A stretch of 64,000 nucleotides of DNA from an uncultured bacterium (GCA_963980225.1 CAXBYW010000005.1:1235-65234); one strand, 5' to 3'. Counted from the stretch's first letter, positions 9,998 to 19,666 are shown. A program made the numbers and translations. The notes: generated from the letters alone by a model not told the origin.

Positions 9998-10689
9998 CAG
10001 CGTTTTGACTTAACATATCCAGCGTCTCTAGCTTCTTTTTCACTACAAAACCATTCTTCTCCTCTGTCTTTCTCTACTACTGTGGTCATGTACTGAACAC
10101 ATCCAGGTAGATGGTAAATTCGCCCACTTGAATTACTAGGATCGATGTTTCCTTTTATGACACACTTTGGATCTTCAATATTTTCCCACTGGTAACAGGT
10201 AGGACTATACACCCCCAGCTTATTTTCCTTCGCTTCAAGTCCCAACGCCTTTAACTCATCCGTCACGCTGCTGGTATCACTATGATATCTACCCCAACCC
10301 TTCTCAATGATCTCTTTATTGATCAATTTCTTTCCGACATAAACCAAGGCCATGGCTCTACCTCTCTGGTCCAAAATTTTCTCCCGAATAATAACTCTCT
10401 TTCCTTCCACTAGTTTTTTAAGTAAATTAGTCGCCTCCACACCACCACAAAACTCTAACTCTGGCGCATCCAGATGCCTCAGTCGTAAACGAACCTTGCC
10501 ATCAAGTACCAAGGTGTCACCGTCAATCACTCCTTCAACTGCAATACTCTCATCAAATTTTGGTAGCCCGCCTGTTGTCAGGTAAAAAGCATTTAATATC
10601 AAAGACAACCCTAAAATCAACCATCCCCAACCAAACTTTATTGGCAAACCAGACAAAAAACTGAATTTTTCCTCCTTCTTCACCTTCAC
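9994..10689 (-). CDS. thermonuclease (SNase)-like nuclease with C-terminal Cys-containing domain
   Basis: GDTLVLDGK...RLRLRHLDAPE...GKRVII...RGRAMALVYV matches the staphylococcal nuclease fold. N-terminal TM. C-terminal YHLPGC...FCSEKEARDAGY...C motif. Confidence 0.6.
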   Translation of the reverse strand: MKVKKEEKFSFLSGLPIKFGWGWLILGLSLILNAFYLTTGGLPKFDESIAVEGVIDGDTLVLDGKVRLRLRHLDAPELEFCGGVEATNLLKKLVEGKRVIIREKILDQRGRAMALVYVGKKLINKEIIEKGWGRYHSDTSSVTDELKALGLEAKENKLGVYSPTCYQWENIEDPKCVIKGNIDPSNSSGRIYHLPGCVQYMTTVVEKDRGEEWFCSEKEARDAGYVKSKRC

Positions 10690-10704
10690 CTCTTTAATTG
10701 TATA

Positions 10705-10956
10705 TTAAACGGATCTAATCAAGTTTTCTTTTTGCTCTCTCGTTAGCTTTTTGAGCGCAGCCTCTCTTTTCATCGCCTCAGATCTTGTTTTGTAAGGCTC
10801 AGAATACACCAACTCAAACGACTTAAAGTAGCGCATGTACTTAGCTGATTTAGGAGTTTTATTTAGGTGTTCTTTGAGTCTTTGTTTTAAATCTTTTGCC
10901 TGTCCAATATATAAAGTATTAGACGAGGTGCGAAGTATGTAAACAGAAAAGGGCAC
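10705..10956 (-). CDS. GIY-YIG nuclease-domain protein
   Basis: FSVYILRTSSNTLYIGQAKDLKQRLKEH plus conserved E/R downstream. 83 aa, stand-alone GIY-YIG. Confidence 0.65.
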   Translation of the reverse strand: MPFSVYILRTSSNTLYIGQAKDLKQRLKEHLNKTPKSAKYMRYFKSFELVYSEPYKTRSEAMKREAALKKLTREQKENLIRSV

Positions 10957-11187
10957 TTATTTTCGTTTTTTATGATGCTTTCTTTTTCCCCACATCGTCT
11001 TATTCCATGCTCTCTCATGGAAATAGTAGATTATCGTGCTAGATATATTTGAAAATATGATTACTCCCAATGCCATACCAATGTTTTTAGTGATTGCATA
11101 AATAATGATTCCATCAGCCATCATCACCAAGATTCTAAAGGTGATTGATTTAGCTACCGATCGTTTTACTGTCTCTACTGCCATCAT
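10957..11187 (-). CDS. small 2-TM membrane protein (DUF2061-like)
   Basis: 76 aa, two hydrophobic helices, basic C-terminal tail. Confidence 0.4.
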   Translation of the reverse strand: MMAVETVKRSVAKSITFRILVMMADGIIIYAITKNIGMALGVIIFSNISSTIIYYFHERAWNKTMWGKRKHHKKRK

Positions 11188-11248
11188 TTCATTCTATAGT
11201 AAAAATACAAAGATCATGTAAGAAAGTTTTGAGAGACAGGAGTCTTAC

Positions 11249-12100
11249 TTGTATACTATAAATACGATGGAAGGAATTATTCAAACTTTATCTCCAGCAG
11301 AGTTAGGTAGTCTAGACAAAAAAGAAAAGGAACCAGGAAAGAGCACTGTGTTGTTGTACGGTCAACATAGAACTAAAGAAAAAGTGGCATATGAGGTGGC
11401 GCGTAGAGTTTCTAAGTTTTCACCTTTACAAAAAAAAGGATTAGTTGTTGTGGAGTATCCTAAAGGTTTTGATTATAACGATGCGTATGAAGAAGCTAAA
11501 AAGCAAACAGAAAACTTAAGCACGCAGTATCAAAATATACGAAAAGTTTTCCACGAGATTTTTAGAGAAAAAACACAAGAAGGACATAAAATTAGGGACA
11601 ATGTTTGTAAGCAAAATGCGGACAAGTTAGTGCTCGATATTCATGAAACGACTGACTTTGCAAGAAGTGAACCAAAACTAAGGAGAGATGAAATAGTTTT
11701 TTTGACATCTCTTTCCGAGAAGGGAAATGACGAGTTAAACAAAGTTTTAACAGGCATCTTCCCTGATTTAGATGATATAGATCGACCCTACAATAAGCTT
11801 CGTCTGGTTGCTAAAAACCCAACTAAAGAGAACACTGAAAGTACGTTACCGCCAAATTATATTGCAGTAGAGTTAATAACAAGAGGTGACGATATCTACG
11901 AAAAGAGCGCTAATAAAGATGGGATATGGAGTATTGGTGTAGATGAAAGAGAGGATTATTTACATAGGGAAAAAACAGATGAAAAGACTAGTTCTGCAAT
12001 AAGCAGGGAGGCGACAATTTATACCAGACTTTTAGAAAAAATTATTCCAGAAATTGAAAAATACTACACGGAAAAAGTATTAGATACAAAGTTACTTTAG
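11249..12100 (+). CDS. hypothetical protein (283 aa), probable TTG start with AGGAG 6 nt upstream
   Basis: Long ORF, no recognised domain, convergent with the paralog array. Confidence 0.4.
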   Translation: MYTINTMEGIIQTLSPAELGSLDKKEKEPGKSTVLLYGQHRTKEKVAYEVARRVSKFSPLQKKGLVVVEYPKGFDYNDAYEEAKKQTENLSTQYQNIRKVFHEIFREKTQEGHKIRDNVCKQNADKLVLDIHETTDFARSEPKLRRDEIVFLTSLSEKGNDELNKVLTGIFPDLDDIDRPYNKLRLVAKNPTKENTESTLPPNYIAVELITRGDDIYEKSANKDGIWSIGVDEREDYLHREKTDEKTSSAISREATIYTRLLEKIIPEIEKYYTEKVLDTKLL

Positions 12101-12130
12101 TGGGTTAAACACATAAAACTTAATTTGCAA

Positions 12131-12170
12131 AAAAAACACCTATTCCGGTGAGGGATAGGTGTTTGGTGTA
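12131..12170. terminator. bidirectional rho-independent terminator between convergent genes
   Basis: Stem ACACCTAT(12136-12143)/ATAGGTGT(12155-12162) with extended imperfect pairing, A-run upstream and T-rich run downstream. Confidence 0.5.
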
Positions 12171-12189
12171 TTTACTAAACAAATTTATT

Positions 12190-12756
12190 TTAAGAAACAG
12201 TCTCATTAAGGACAATATCAGAGGCCTTATATTTTATTCGCATTTTTGCGACTTCATCCATAGGCATTTCATACGTCTCATTTTCTTTAAGATGGCTTAC
12301 TTGGGATTCGAACTCAACCATGAAATCAGCTACTTTATCAAAATCTCTTTCTAGTTTTTTGATTTCATAAAGCTCTTTTTGTTGGTCTACAATCTGGACA
12401 TAGATTGTACCCCCTAAAATCTCAAAGAAAAGGTCTGGATAATTGCCAATTTCTTTTTGAAGAAACTTCTTGGCCCATCTTTCTGCGCTGAGAGAATCGT
12501 ACCGTCTGGCTTTGGTTCGATCGGTCTTAATGGCTTGTTCTAATTTTGGTCCAGATCGCCAAGGCATCTGAATGAGACGCTTACTCTCCCACTGTCCTTG
12601 AAGGTGAGAATAAAGTAACCTCATCTGCCTTCGTCCTTCTTTCATTTTTTCTTCATAGGACATTAAAGCTGTCTCAACGCGTTGACGTTCTGTTTCAAAT
12701 GCGTGTCTTATTTCAACACGCCATCGTCTGAGTGTCAGGTTAATATAGTATTCCAT
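12190..12756 (-). CDS. paralog A of tandem three-gene family (unknown function, 188 aa)
   Basis: Shares YPxLF...G(S/T)I(Y/F)V and C-terminal E(T/S/I)Y(E/A)(M/L)P...(V/I)(A/G)(K/E/R)MRI(K/N/S)Y motifs with B and C. GGAGG RBS. Confidence 0.5.
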   Translation of the reverse strand: MEYYINLTLRRWRVEIRHAFETERQRVETALMSYEEKMKEGRRQMRLLYSHLQGQWESKRLIQMPWRSGPKLEQAIKTDRTKARRYDSLSAERWAKKFLQKEIGNYPDLFFEILGGTIYVQIVDQQKELYEIKKLERDFDKVADFMVEFESQVSHLKENETYEMPMDEVAKMRIKYKASDIVLNETVS

Positions 12757-12785
12757 GACCTTACCTCCTCATGGTTTTCTTGGGT

Positions 12786-13337
12786 TTACTTATTGATCAC
12801 GAGCTCGTTGATTGAGTAGTTAATACGCATTTCACCAATTTCCAAAGCAGGTAATGCATAAGACTCGTCTTGAGACTTACTTGCAATTTTCTTGCGAAAA
12901 TCAGACATAAAGTCATGCAGTTCTCTCAACCCTTGTTCGGCCGACATAAGTCTTGCAAAAAGTTCCTCTTGTTTGTCGATCAGAACAATAACTGAGTCAC
13001 TGTCTGCCATAGACAGAGTTGGGTATTTGCGAAGTTCTTCTTCGATCAGTTCTTTTGCCCAACCACCTACTCTTAGGTAATCAGGTTCATCCAGCTCGGT
13101 TAAATCATCATATAGAGTTACTTTTAAGGTTGGTGCCTCGAAGAAAAATCGAAATGGCTTTCTTCGTCGAACAATTCTGATTACATCATAAAGGTCTCTA
13201 AGTTCTTCCATCCCAATTTTTCGGATCGCATTATACTTGTCTTCTAGCGACTCAATACAAAGCTCTTCTCGTGTGATTGCTGCACTTATCTCTGCAATCC
13301 AATCTTTAATTTTTTTTCGAATTTTTTTCTCAACCAT
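12786..13337 (-). CDS. paralog B of tandem three-gene family (183 aa)
   Basis: Same conserved blocks. Upstream sequence AAACCAATATGGATTACTGGAGGTAACCATG is near-identical to that of paralog C. Confidence 0.5.
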   Translation of the reverse strand: MVEKKIRKKIKDWIAEISAAITREELCIESLEDKYNAIRKIGMEELRDLYDVIRIVRRRKPFRFFFEAPTLKVTLYDDLTELDEPDYLRVGGWAKELIEEELRKYPTLSMADSDSVIVLIDKQEELFARLMSAEQGLRELHDFMSDFRKKIASKSQDESYALPALEIGEMRINYSINELVINK

Positions 13338-13367
13338 GGTTACCTCCAGTAATCCATATTGGTTTAT

Positions 13368-13919
13368 TTATTCTTCATCAACTTTAATCACTTTACCCTT
13401 CGAATACGATATACGCATCCGGGCAACATCCAAAACAGGTAGTTCATAAATTTCATCTTCATCACCAAGGGTAGTTTCATTATAGAAAAGAGTCATGTAC
13501 TTGACCATTTCCTTCAGTGATTTTTGGGCAGCAGCAAGTTCTACCGCAAGTTCTCCTTGCTCTTTAATTTCAACAAAGATCGAACCCGAGCGTTCCATAA
13601 AAAGATTAGGGTACTGATCTATTTCTTGTTCGAGTAAACCATAAGCCCACCAAGCTACAACTAGGTAATCATGTTGTGGTAGTTCAGGTTCAGTATATGG
13701 GGCTTGTTTTAGTTTTGGCTCTTTATACCTCTTCTTCCAACGTTTATTTTGTCGGGCAATTTCGAGTAGTTCAAGAAGTGACTGAAGTTGTTTCCGGCCT
13801 ATCCGACTAGCTTCCTCATACGTTTCTTCTAATGCTTGAACATAAAGTCGTTCTCGTACTATTGCCTTTCTCATTTCGACAAGCCAATTTTTAGCCGTCA
13901 TGCGTACTTTTGTAATCAT
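13368..13919 (-). CDS. paralog C of tandem three-gene family (183 aa)
   Basis: Same conserved blocks. Upstream AAACAAATATGGCTTACAGGAGGTAACCATG. Confidence 0.5.
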   Translation of the reverse strand: MITKVRMTAKNWLVEMRKAIVRERLYVQALEETYEEASRIGRKQLQSLLELLEIARQNKRWKKRYKEPKLKQAPYTEPELPQHDYLVVAWWAYGLLEQEIDQYPNLFMERSGSIFVEIKEQGELAVELAAAQKSLKEMVKYMTLFYNETTLGDEDEIYELPVLDVARMRISYSKGKVIKVDEE

Positions 13920-14093
13920 GGTTACCTCCTGTAAGCCATATTTGTTTCTTTTTTTGTTTAGTTTGAAAGGTGCAAAAGGTAATTATATCAAGTTATAGGA
14001 CTACAATCAAATAAAAATAAGCTTTAGTCACCACAATTCTTTTGGAAAATCTATGTCATGTATAATACACATTTCAAGCTTAACTTCAATCCT

Positions 14094-15872
14094 ATGAAAA
14101 ATATCTCAAAAATCATTAGACTATCAAAACCTCTTTATAAAAAGATACTTCTTTTGAGCCTTCTTGTACTTATTATGTCCCTTGTACAACAGGTGCAACC
14201 ATTCTTCATTAAATTTATTGTTGATGATATTGATCTTCAGATCACCTCAGGTTCTGGTGATAGCAGACGAGTAATGTTCCTTATGTTGGGTATGCTAGTT
14301 GCTAACCTTTTTGCGAACCTACTTAACTCCATCAACATGAGGTTTGGTGACTACATAAATTCAAGAGTCAGAAAGTTCCTTATAGAAACCTTTTACAACA
14401 AGGTGTTCACTTTACCTCAACGATATTTTGACACCAAGGTTAGCGGTAAGATCTTAAACCAACTAGGTAGAGGGATTGATTCGATTCAACAGTTCATGGG
14501 AATGGTCACAAATTTTGTACTTCCTGCAATTTTCCAGAGCATCTTAACCGTCGGCATTCTTATGTACTACAGCCTTCCAGTCGGGTTGATCGCTCTTTTT
14601 GTTTTTCCTGCATACATACTAGTTAGTAGTTATTCAACAAAACGTTGGGGAAAAGAAGAAGTCAAAAAAAACAAGCTAGAAGACATTTCCAGAGGAAGAA
14701 TCCAGGAAGTGATAGGGAACATAAGGCTTGTAAGAGGTTTTATGATGCAAGCACAAGAATGGAAATTTGTGTCCAAGCAAATGCTCAAAATCAATAAAAT
14801 TTACGACAAACAATCAACCACTTATCATGTAATCAACTTTTTCCGCGAGTCTGGAGTCGAAGCAGTTCTTCTAGTAATATCTTTAATTGTTTTCTCAAAT
14901 ACTTTTAACGGAATTCTAACTCTTGGTGAGATGGTTCTTATCTTACAGCTACTTTTCCAAATACGAAGACCACTGTTTGCCATGAGTTTTATTCTCGAGA
15001 GAATTCAGCACGCCGAAAGTGGGTCAAAGGAATTTTTTGAAGTCATGGATCTAACGTCTTCAGAAAAGGTCAATATGAGGGCACTACCTAAAAATAGTTT
15101 CAATAAGTCTCCAAGTCTTCAATTCAAAAATATTACTTTCGAGTATGACAAAGAAAAAGGATCAGTCTTACAAGATATTTCATTCAAGATTCCTGCCAAG
15201 CAAACCGTTGCGTTGGTAGGTCATAGTGGTGCCGGTAAATCTACAATCATCAATCTCATACTTAAGTATTACGACTCCACAAAGGGTGAAATATATTTGG
15301 GAGACAAACCATACAGTAAACTAACCCATCAAGAAATACGCAGCCACATATCACTCGTCTTTCAAGATAACGAACTATTTTCGTCAACCATCAGAGAAAA
15401 TGTCGCTTATGGTATACCAAACGCAAAAGAAAAAGATATTATCTCGGCTCTCAAGAAAGCAAATGCATACGGCTTTGTATCAAAGTTTCCAAAAAAACTT
15501 GATGAAGAAATTGGAGAAAGAGGCATCAAACTTTCTGGTGGGCAAAAGCAGCGTATACAAATTGCCCGTGCAATTATGCATGACGCACCGATTCTTATTC
15601 TCGATGAGGCAACAAGTAGCCTAGACTCAAAGTCAGAAAAACAAATTCAGGAAGCATTAGAAGCTTTGATAAAAGACAGACTTGTAATAATCGTTGCTCA
15701 TAGATTCTCTACCATTCAAAACGCAGATCAAATATTAGTATTGGATAATGGAAAATTAGTTGATTCAGGACGACCAAGTGAACTAGCAAGGAAAAAAGGA
15801 GTCTATTCAGAACTACTTCAATACCAAATCAAAGGAAATCAAAAACTTCTCGAAAAATACGAACTTCATTAG
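14094..15872 (+). CDS. ABC transporter permease/ATP-binding half-transporter (MsbA/exporter type)
   Basis: Six-TM N-terminal domain, Walker A GHSGAGKST, signature LSGGQKQR, Walker B ILILDEATS. Start moved to ATG 14094 because TATAAT sits at 14061-14066. Confidence 0.8.
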   Translation: MKNISKIIRLSKPLYKKILLLSLLVLIMSLVQQVQPFFIKFIVDDIDLQITSGSGDSRRVMFLMLGMLVANLFANLLNSINMRFGDYINSRVRKFLIETFYNKVFTLPQRYFDTKVSGKILNQLGRGIDSIQQFMGMVTNFVLPAIFQSILTVGILMYYSLPVGLIALFVFPAYILVSSYSTKRWGKEEVKKNKLEDISRGRIQEVIGNIRLVRGFMMQAQEWKFVSKQMLKINKIYDKQSTTYHVINFFRESGVEAVLLVISLIVFSNTFNGILTLGEMVLILQLLFQIRRPLFAMSFILERIQHAESGSKEFFEVMDLTSSEKVNMRALPKNSFNKSPSLQFKNITFEYDKEKGSVLQDISFKIPAKQTVALVGHSGAGKSTIINLILKYYDSTKGEIYLGDKPYSKLTHQEIRSHISLVFQDNELFSSTIRENVAYGIPNAKEKDIISALKKANAYGFVSKFPKKLDEEIGERGIKLSGGQKQRIQIARAIMHDAPILILDEATSSLDSKSEKQIQEALEALIKDRLVIIVAHRFSTIQNADQILVLDNGKLVDSGRPSELARKKGVYSELLQYQIKGNQKLLEKYELH

Positions 15873-15935
15873 AAACTATTTTATCACTGGAAGACAACCA
15901 CTTTTGTTCCTTTTTATAATTAATCAGGTGTACTA

Positions 15936-16727
15936 TTGATATATGATAATGGAACGATGAACATTTATGTTTTAGCTTTATTTATCAGTCTAGGAATAAA
16001 TTTTTTATTCTTTCTCTTAGCTAATGCTTTAAAGACAGATAAGTTTACAGATTTCACATACGGTTTGACCTTTACAGCACTTGCTTTCTTATTTCTTTTT
16101 AAAAATCAAACATTTTACAGGTATCAGCTGTTACTGATGGTAATGGTTGTTTTATGGTCAATAAGACTTATTACTTATCTTTTAATCAGAATTTTGAAAA
16201 TTAAAAAAGACAGTCGTTTCAATAAAATCAGAGAAAATCCCTTAAAATTTTTACAATTTTGGGTTTTCCAAGGTTTAACAGTTTGGATAGTTATGCTTCC
16301 CTCAATCTTTCTACTTAACATAAAAGAACCCAAACCCTTGAATACGATAATGGTTTCAGGAATCATTATTTGGGCTTTTGGACTATTAATAGAAACTATC
16401 TCAGATTGGCAAAAGTTTGGTTTTAAAAACAATCCCAAGAATAAAAACTTATGGATTCAATCAGGGTTATGGAAATACTCAAGACACCCTAATTATTTTG
16501 GCGAAATGTTGGTTTGGTGGGGAATTTTTATTTTTGCCTTACCTTTTTTACAAGGTTTGTCGTGGTTAACCATTTTTAGTCCGATTTTTATTACCTATAT
16601 TCTTATATTTGTCAGCGGTATACCGCTATTGGAAAAAAGATATGATAAAAAATATGCAGATAACAAAAAGTATCAGGAGTACAAAAAGAAAACCAGTACT
16701 TTAATTCCTCTATCTCAAAAGAGATAA
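15936..16727 (+). CDS. DUF1295/ICMT-like (isoprenylcysteine carboxyl methyltransferase / steroid-reductase fold) membrane protein
   Basis: Multi-TM with WKYSRHPNYFGEMLVWWG (RHPxYxG-E signature). Confidence 0.5.
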   Translation: MIYDNGTMNIYVLALFISLGINFLFFLLANALKTDKFTDFTYGLTFTALAFLFLFKNQTFYRYQLLLMVMVVLWSIRLITYLLIRILKIKKDSRFNKIRENPLKFLQFWVFQGLTVWIVMLPSIFLLNIKEPKPLNTIMVSGIIIWAFGLLIETISDWQKFGFKNNPKNKNLWIQSGLWKYSRHPNYFGEMLVWWGIFIFALPFLQGLSWLTIFSPIFITYILIFVSGIPLLEKRYDKKYADNKKYQEYKKKTSTLIPLSQKR

Positions 16728-16734
16728 TCCCCCT

Positions 16735-17127
16735 TTATATTTTTGAAACTATAAAATAGCTAATCAGAGAAACTGAAGCCCCCAAGATAGTTCCCCAAAC
16801 CATATCAACAACAGTGACTACTAATGGCCAGTCTTTGATGGTGGCCAAATTAGTTAAATCATAGGTAGCGTAGGAGATGAGTCCCAGTAGAGCTCCCAAA
16901 AAAAGAGCTTGTGTCCAAGAGTTTTTCTCTAAAGCCGGTAAAACCGAGAAAACAACCAGACCTACTACAAATAATAAGTAAAACAAACCAGCTGCTACAA
17001 AATTGACATTTGTTTTCATGAGGTAGCCTAGTTGTTGGGCGTAAAATTTTCTAGAGATTATGGTAAGCCAGACCATGTCTATGGCTAAAAATACTGGAAG
17101 GGTAATGAAATAAGCTTTGACAAACAT
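16735..17127 (-). CDS. small 4-TM membrane protein (DUF2177-like)
   Basis: Hydrophobicity pattern only. Confidence 0.35.
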   Translation of the reverse strand: MFVKAYFITLPVFLAIDMVWLTIISRKFYAQQLGYLMKTNVNFVAAGLFYLLFVVGLVVFSVLPALEKNSWTQALFLGALLGLISYATYDLTNLATIKDWPLVVTVVDMVWGTILGASVSLISYFIVSKI

Positions 17128-17128
17128 C

Positions 17129-17524
17129 TCAACGATTTAAATAAGTAACACTTAATTGTAAAACAGTTGCAAAACTAACCCACAATAGATATGGTACCTG
17201 AATATAAGTAATCCATTTCTGGTGAGGATATATAGCAACCATTGCCCAAACAAGAGTGATTAAGACGAGAAGAATGTCTATGGCTGCCAAGTAGTTGTTT
17301 CTTAACACAAACTGTAGGGGGGTAAAAGCAAAGTTAAAGATAAGATTAAGAATAAACGGAAGAGCAATAAGGAGTGATATTCTCTTTTGAAAGAAAAGTT
17401 GAAATACCTTGAAAAATGATATGGTAATTAAGATATAAAGAAAAGTCCAAACTGGGCCAAAAAGCCAAGACGGTGGAGACCACGAGGGTCTAATTAGCTG
17501 TTGATACCATTCACTTTCTTGCAT
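17129..17524 (-). CDS. tspO: TspO/MBR tryptophan-rich sensory protein family
   Basis: WYQQLIRPSWSPPSWLFGPVWTFLY matches the TspO N-terminal signature. 5 TM. Confidence 0.6.
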   Translation of the reverse strand: MQESEWYQQLIRPSWSPPSWLFGPVWTFLYILITISFFKVFQLFFQKRISLLIALPFILNLIFNFAFTPLQFVLRNNYLAAIDILLVLITLVWAMVAIYPHQKWITYIQVPYLLWVSFATVLQLSVTYLNR

Positions 17525-17565
17525 ATAAATAAATTATAGCAGTTTTCAAGAGAGCTATTTTTATG

Positions 17566-17636
17566 TTGCCGGGCTAGGATTCGAACCTAGATAACGACTT
17601 TCAGAGAGTCGTGTCCTACCATTAGACGACCTGGCA
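17566..17636 (-). tRNA. tRNA-Gln (anticodon CTG)
   Basis: Manually folded cloverleaf. U1-A72, D-stem GTCT/GGAC, anticodon stem CGACT/AGTCG with loop CUCUGAA, 4-nt variable loop, T-arm CTAGG-TTCGAAT-CCTAG, discriminator A, no encoded CCA. One A5-C68 mismatch. Confidence 0.75.
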
Positions 17637-17676
17637 AGGTTAGTACTCGTAAATTATACCCTCTATTCCTGAAAAA

Positions 17677-18123
17677 CTATTTTTTTAAGGCTTTTACCTC
17701 TTTTCTCAACTTAGCTATCTGCTCATTCATTTCTTTCTGGATCCTCTTGATCTCCATTAGCTGCCTATCTGCTTTCTCGTCCAGCCTTATATCCATCTCT
17801 ATTCTTGCTCGATCACTCTTTCTGAGTCTCTCTTCCTTCTTGTCCCTTGCTTCCTCACCTCTGTTAGACGCCATCAAGAGAAAAATACCAATAAAGATGG
17901 CTTCAAGCGAAACACTAAAGGTAAGCTTGTTAATATCAAAATCAAATACTACCCAGATGGTAAACCACAAGGTGTGTGCTACAACCGCCCACCAACTACC
18001 TAAAAACCAAGAAATTACATCAGTAATTTTGACCATCAGGCTTTTTGTCTTTTTTAAAGGCTTAGCCATAGTTCCGTTTGTGTTCATTGCCTTTACTATA
18101 TTAACAAACCAACTTAGGGTCAA
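17677..18123 (-). CDS. DUF1003-like membrane protein with coiled-coil C-terminus
   Basis: 2 TM helices then charged R/E/K-rich helix. True start may be an internal Met. Confidence 0.4.
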   Translation of the reverse strand: MTLSWFVNIVKAMNTNGTMAKPLKKTKSLMVKITDVISWFLGSWWAVVAHTLWFTIWVVFDFDINKLTFSVSLEAIFIGIFLLMASNRGEEARDKKEERLRKSDRARIEMDIRLDEKADRQLMEIKRIQKEMNEQIAKLRKEVKALKK

Positions 18124-18154
18124 GTAGTTGCTCTATTTGATATACTATCAATAT

Positions 18155-18712
18155 ATGAAAAAATCACTCATTATCGTTATCGCAGTATTAGTATTAGTAG
18201 GTTCCTCACTAACAGGTACATACAACTCCCTAGTTACCGACTCCCAAAAAGTTGACGGTCAGTGGGCCCAGGTGGAAACCCAGTACCAACGTCGTTTTGA
18301 CCTAATTCCTAACCTAGTTGGAGCCACTAAAGGGATTTTTGAACAAGAGAAAGAAGTTTTTGGTAAATTAGCAGAGGCTCGTCAAGGATATTCCGGAGCT
18401 CAAACACCAACTCAAAAAGCAGCCGCGGCTACTCAAGTAGAATCAGCGCTATCACGCTTGCTGGTCATAGTTGAAAACTACCCAGACTTAAAGTCAGACA
18501 GGGCAGTACTTTCATTAACCGACGAACTGGCTGGTACTGAAAACAGAGTAAGTGTCGAGCGTAAACGCTATAACGACACAGTTCTTGTATTCAATACCAA
18601 GGTCAAACGTTTCCCTACGAATCTCATCGCCCCAATCTTTGGCTTTGATGCAAGGCCTTACTTTGAAGCCATAGAGTCAGCTTCCGAAGCACCAAAGGTA
18701 GACTTTCAGTAA
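18155..18712 (+). CDS. LemA family protein
   Basis: N-terminal TM. WAQVETQYQRRFDLIPNLV...RKRYNDTVLVFNTKVKRFPTNLIA is typical LemA. Confidence 0.7.
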   Translation: MKKSLIIVIAVLVLVGSSLTGTYNSLVTDSQKVDGQWAQVETQYQRRFDLIPNLVGATKGIFEQEKEVFGKLAEARQGYSGAQTPTQKAAAATQVESALSRLLVIVENYPDLKSDRAVLSLTDELAGTENRVSVERKRYNDTVLVFNTKVKRFPTNLIAPIFGFDARPYFEAIESASEAPKVDFQ

Positions 18713-19596
18713 TGATTCGTCGCCCAACCCGTCTTTTCCTTAGTCTCCTTGTTTTTTGTTTTCTTGTCATCCGGTCTTCCTCGTCTGTATACGCCTTTCC
18801 TGATCCAACAGGTTTCGTTAATGACTTTGCCGATGTATTACCAGTAGAATACGAACTCGAGTTAGAAAAAAAACTAGCTGATTTTAGTACCCAAGTAGGT
18901 CCCGAGGTGGTAGTGGTCACCATCAACAGTCTAGAGGGGGACATCATAGAAAACTACGCAGTAGAACTTTTTGCCGAGTGGGGGATAGGTAAAAAAGAAA
19001 CAGACAACGGGGTATTATTTATCTCGTCAATTGGTGATAGAAAAATGCGTATAGAAACAGGGTATGGTGTTGAAGGTTTCTTGCCAGATGGCAAGGTCGG
19101 TAGAATTCTACGTGACTCAGTTGCACCAAACTTTAAAGAACAAGACTACCAAGCTGGTATAGACGCAGGGGTCGGAGCCATTCTTTCTGCCTTAGAATCA
19201 GATCCTAACATCGCTCCTATCTCCTCCACGGCTTCTGACGAGATCCCCAATCTTCCATTTATGATCTTTATTGTCATTTTCTTTGCTATGGCCCTAAGCT
19301 ACTCAGCTGCATTCATGGCTCGTTCTAAAAGTTTCTGGTTTGGTGGGGCCGTGGGATTTTTCATCGGGCTCTTCTCGGGTGTAGGGGCAGCCGTTTTTCT
19401 TGGTTTATTTGGTCTATTTCTTGACTTCATTCTTTCACAAAACTATAAAACTCTAAAAAAAACCAAGCGCCCAACTAGCTTCTGGAAAAGCAAAGGCGGC
19501 TTTGGAGGCTTTGGAGGTAAAAGCAGTGGAGGTGGAGGTTTTGGAGGTTTCTCTGGTGGAAGTAGCGGCGGGGGAGGTGCTTCTTCCAGTTGGTAA
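18712..19596 (+). CDS. TPM-domain protein with C-terminal TM segments and Gly-rich tail
   Basis: TPM phosphatase-like domain (GFVNDFADVL...VVVTINSLEG...NGVLFISSIGDRKMRIETGYG), GGFGG repeats. ATG overlaps the LemA stop. Conserved LemA-TPM pair. Confidence 0.65.
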   Translation: MIRRPTRLFLSLLVFCFLVIRSSSSVYAFPDPTGFVNDFADVLPVEYELELEKKLADFSTQVGPEVVVVTINSLEGDIIENYAVELFAEWGIGKKETDNGVLFISSIGDRKMRIETGYGVEGFLPDGKVGRILRDSVAPNFKEQDYQAGIDAGVGAILSALESDPNIAPISSTASDEIPNLPFMIFIVIFFAMALSYSAAFMARSKSFWFGGAVGFFIGLFSGVGAAVFLGLFGLFLDFILSQNYKTLKKTKRPTSFWKSKGGFGGFGGKSSGGGGFGGFSGGSSGGGGASSSW

Positions 19597-19666
19597 GCGC
19601 TTTTATTTGACTTTTATCTCTCCAAAAGGTTAAATATAGTTACCCAAATAATTACCGAAACAAAAC

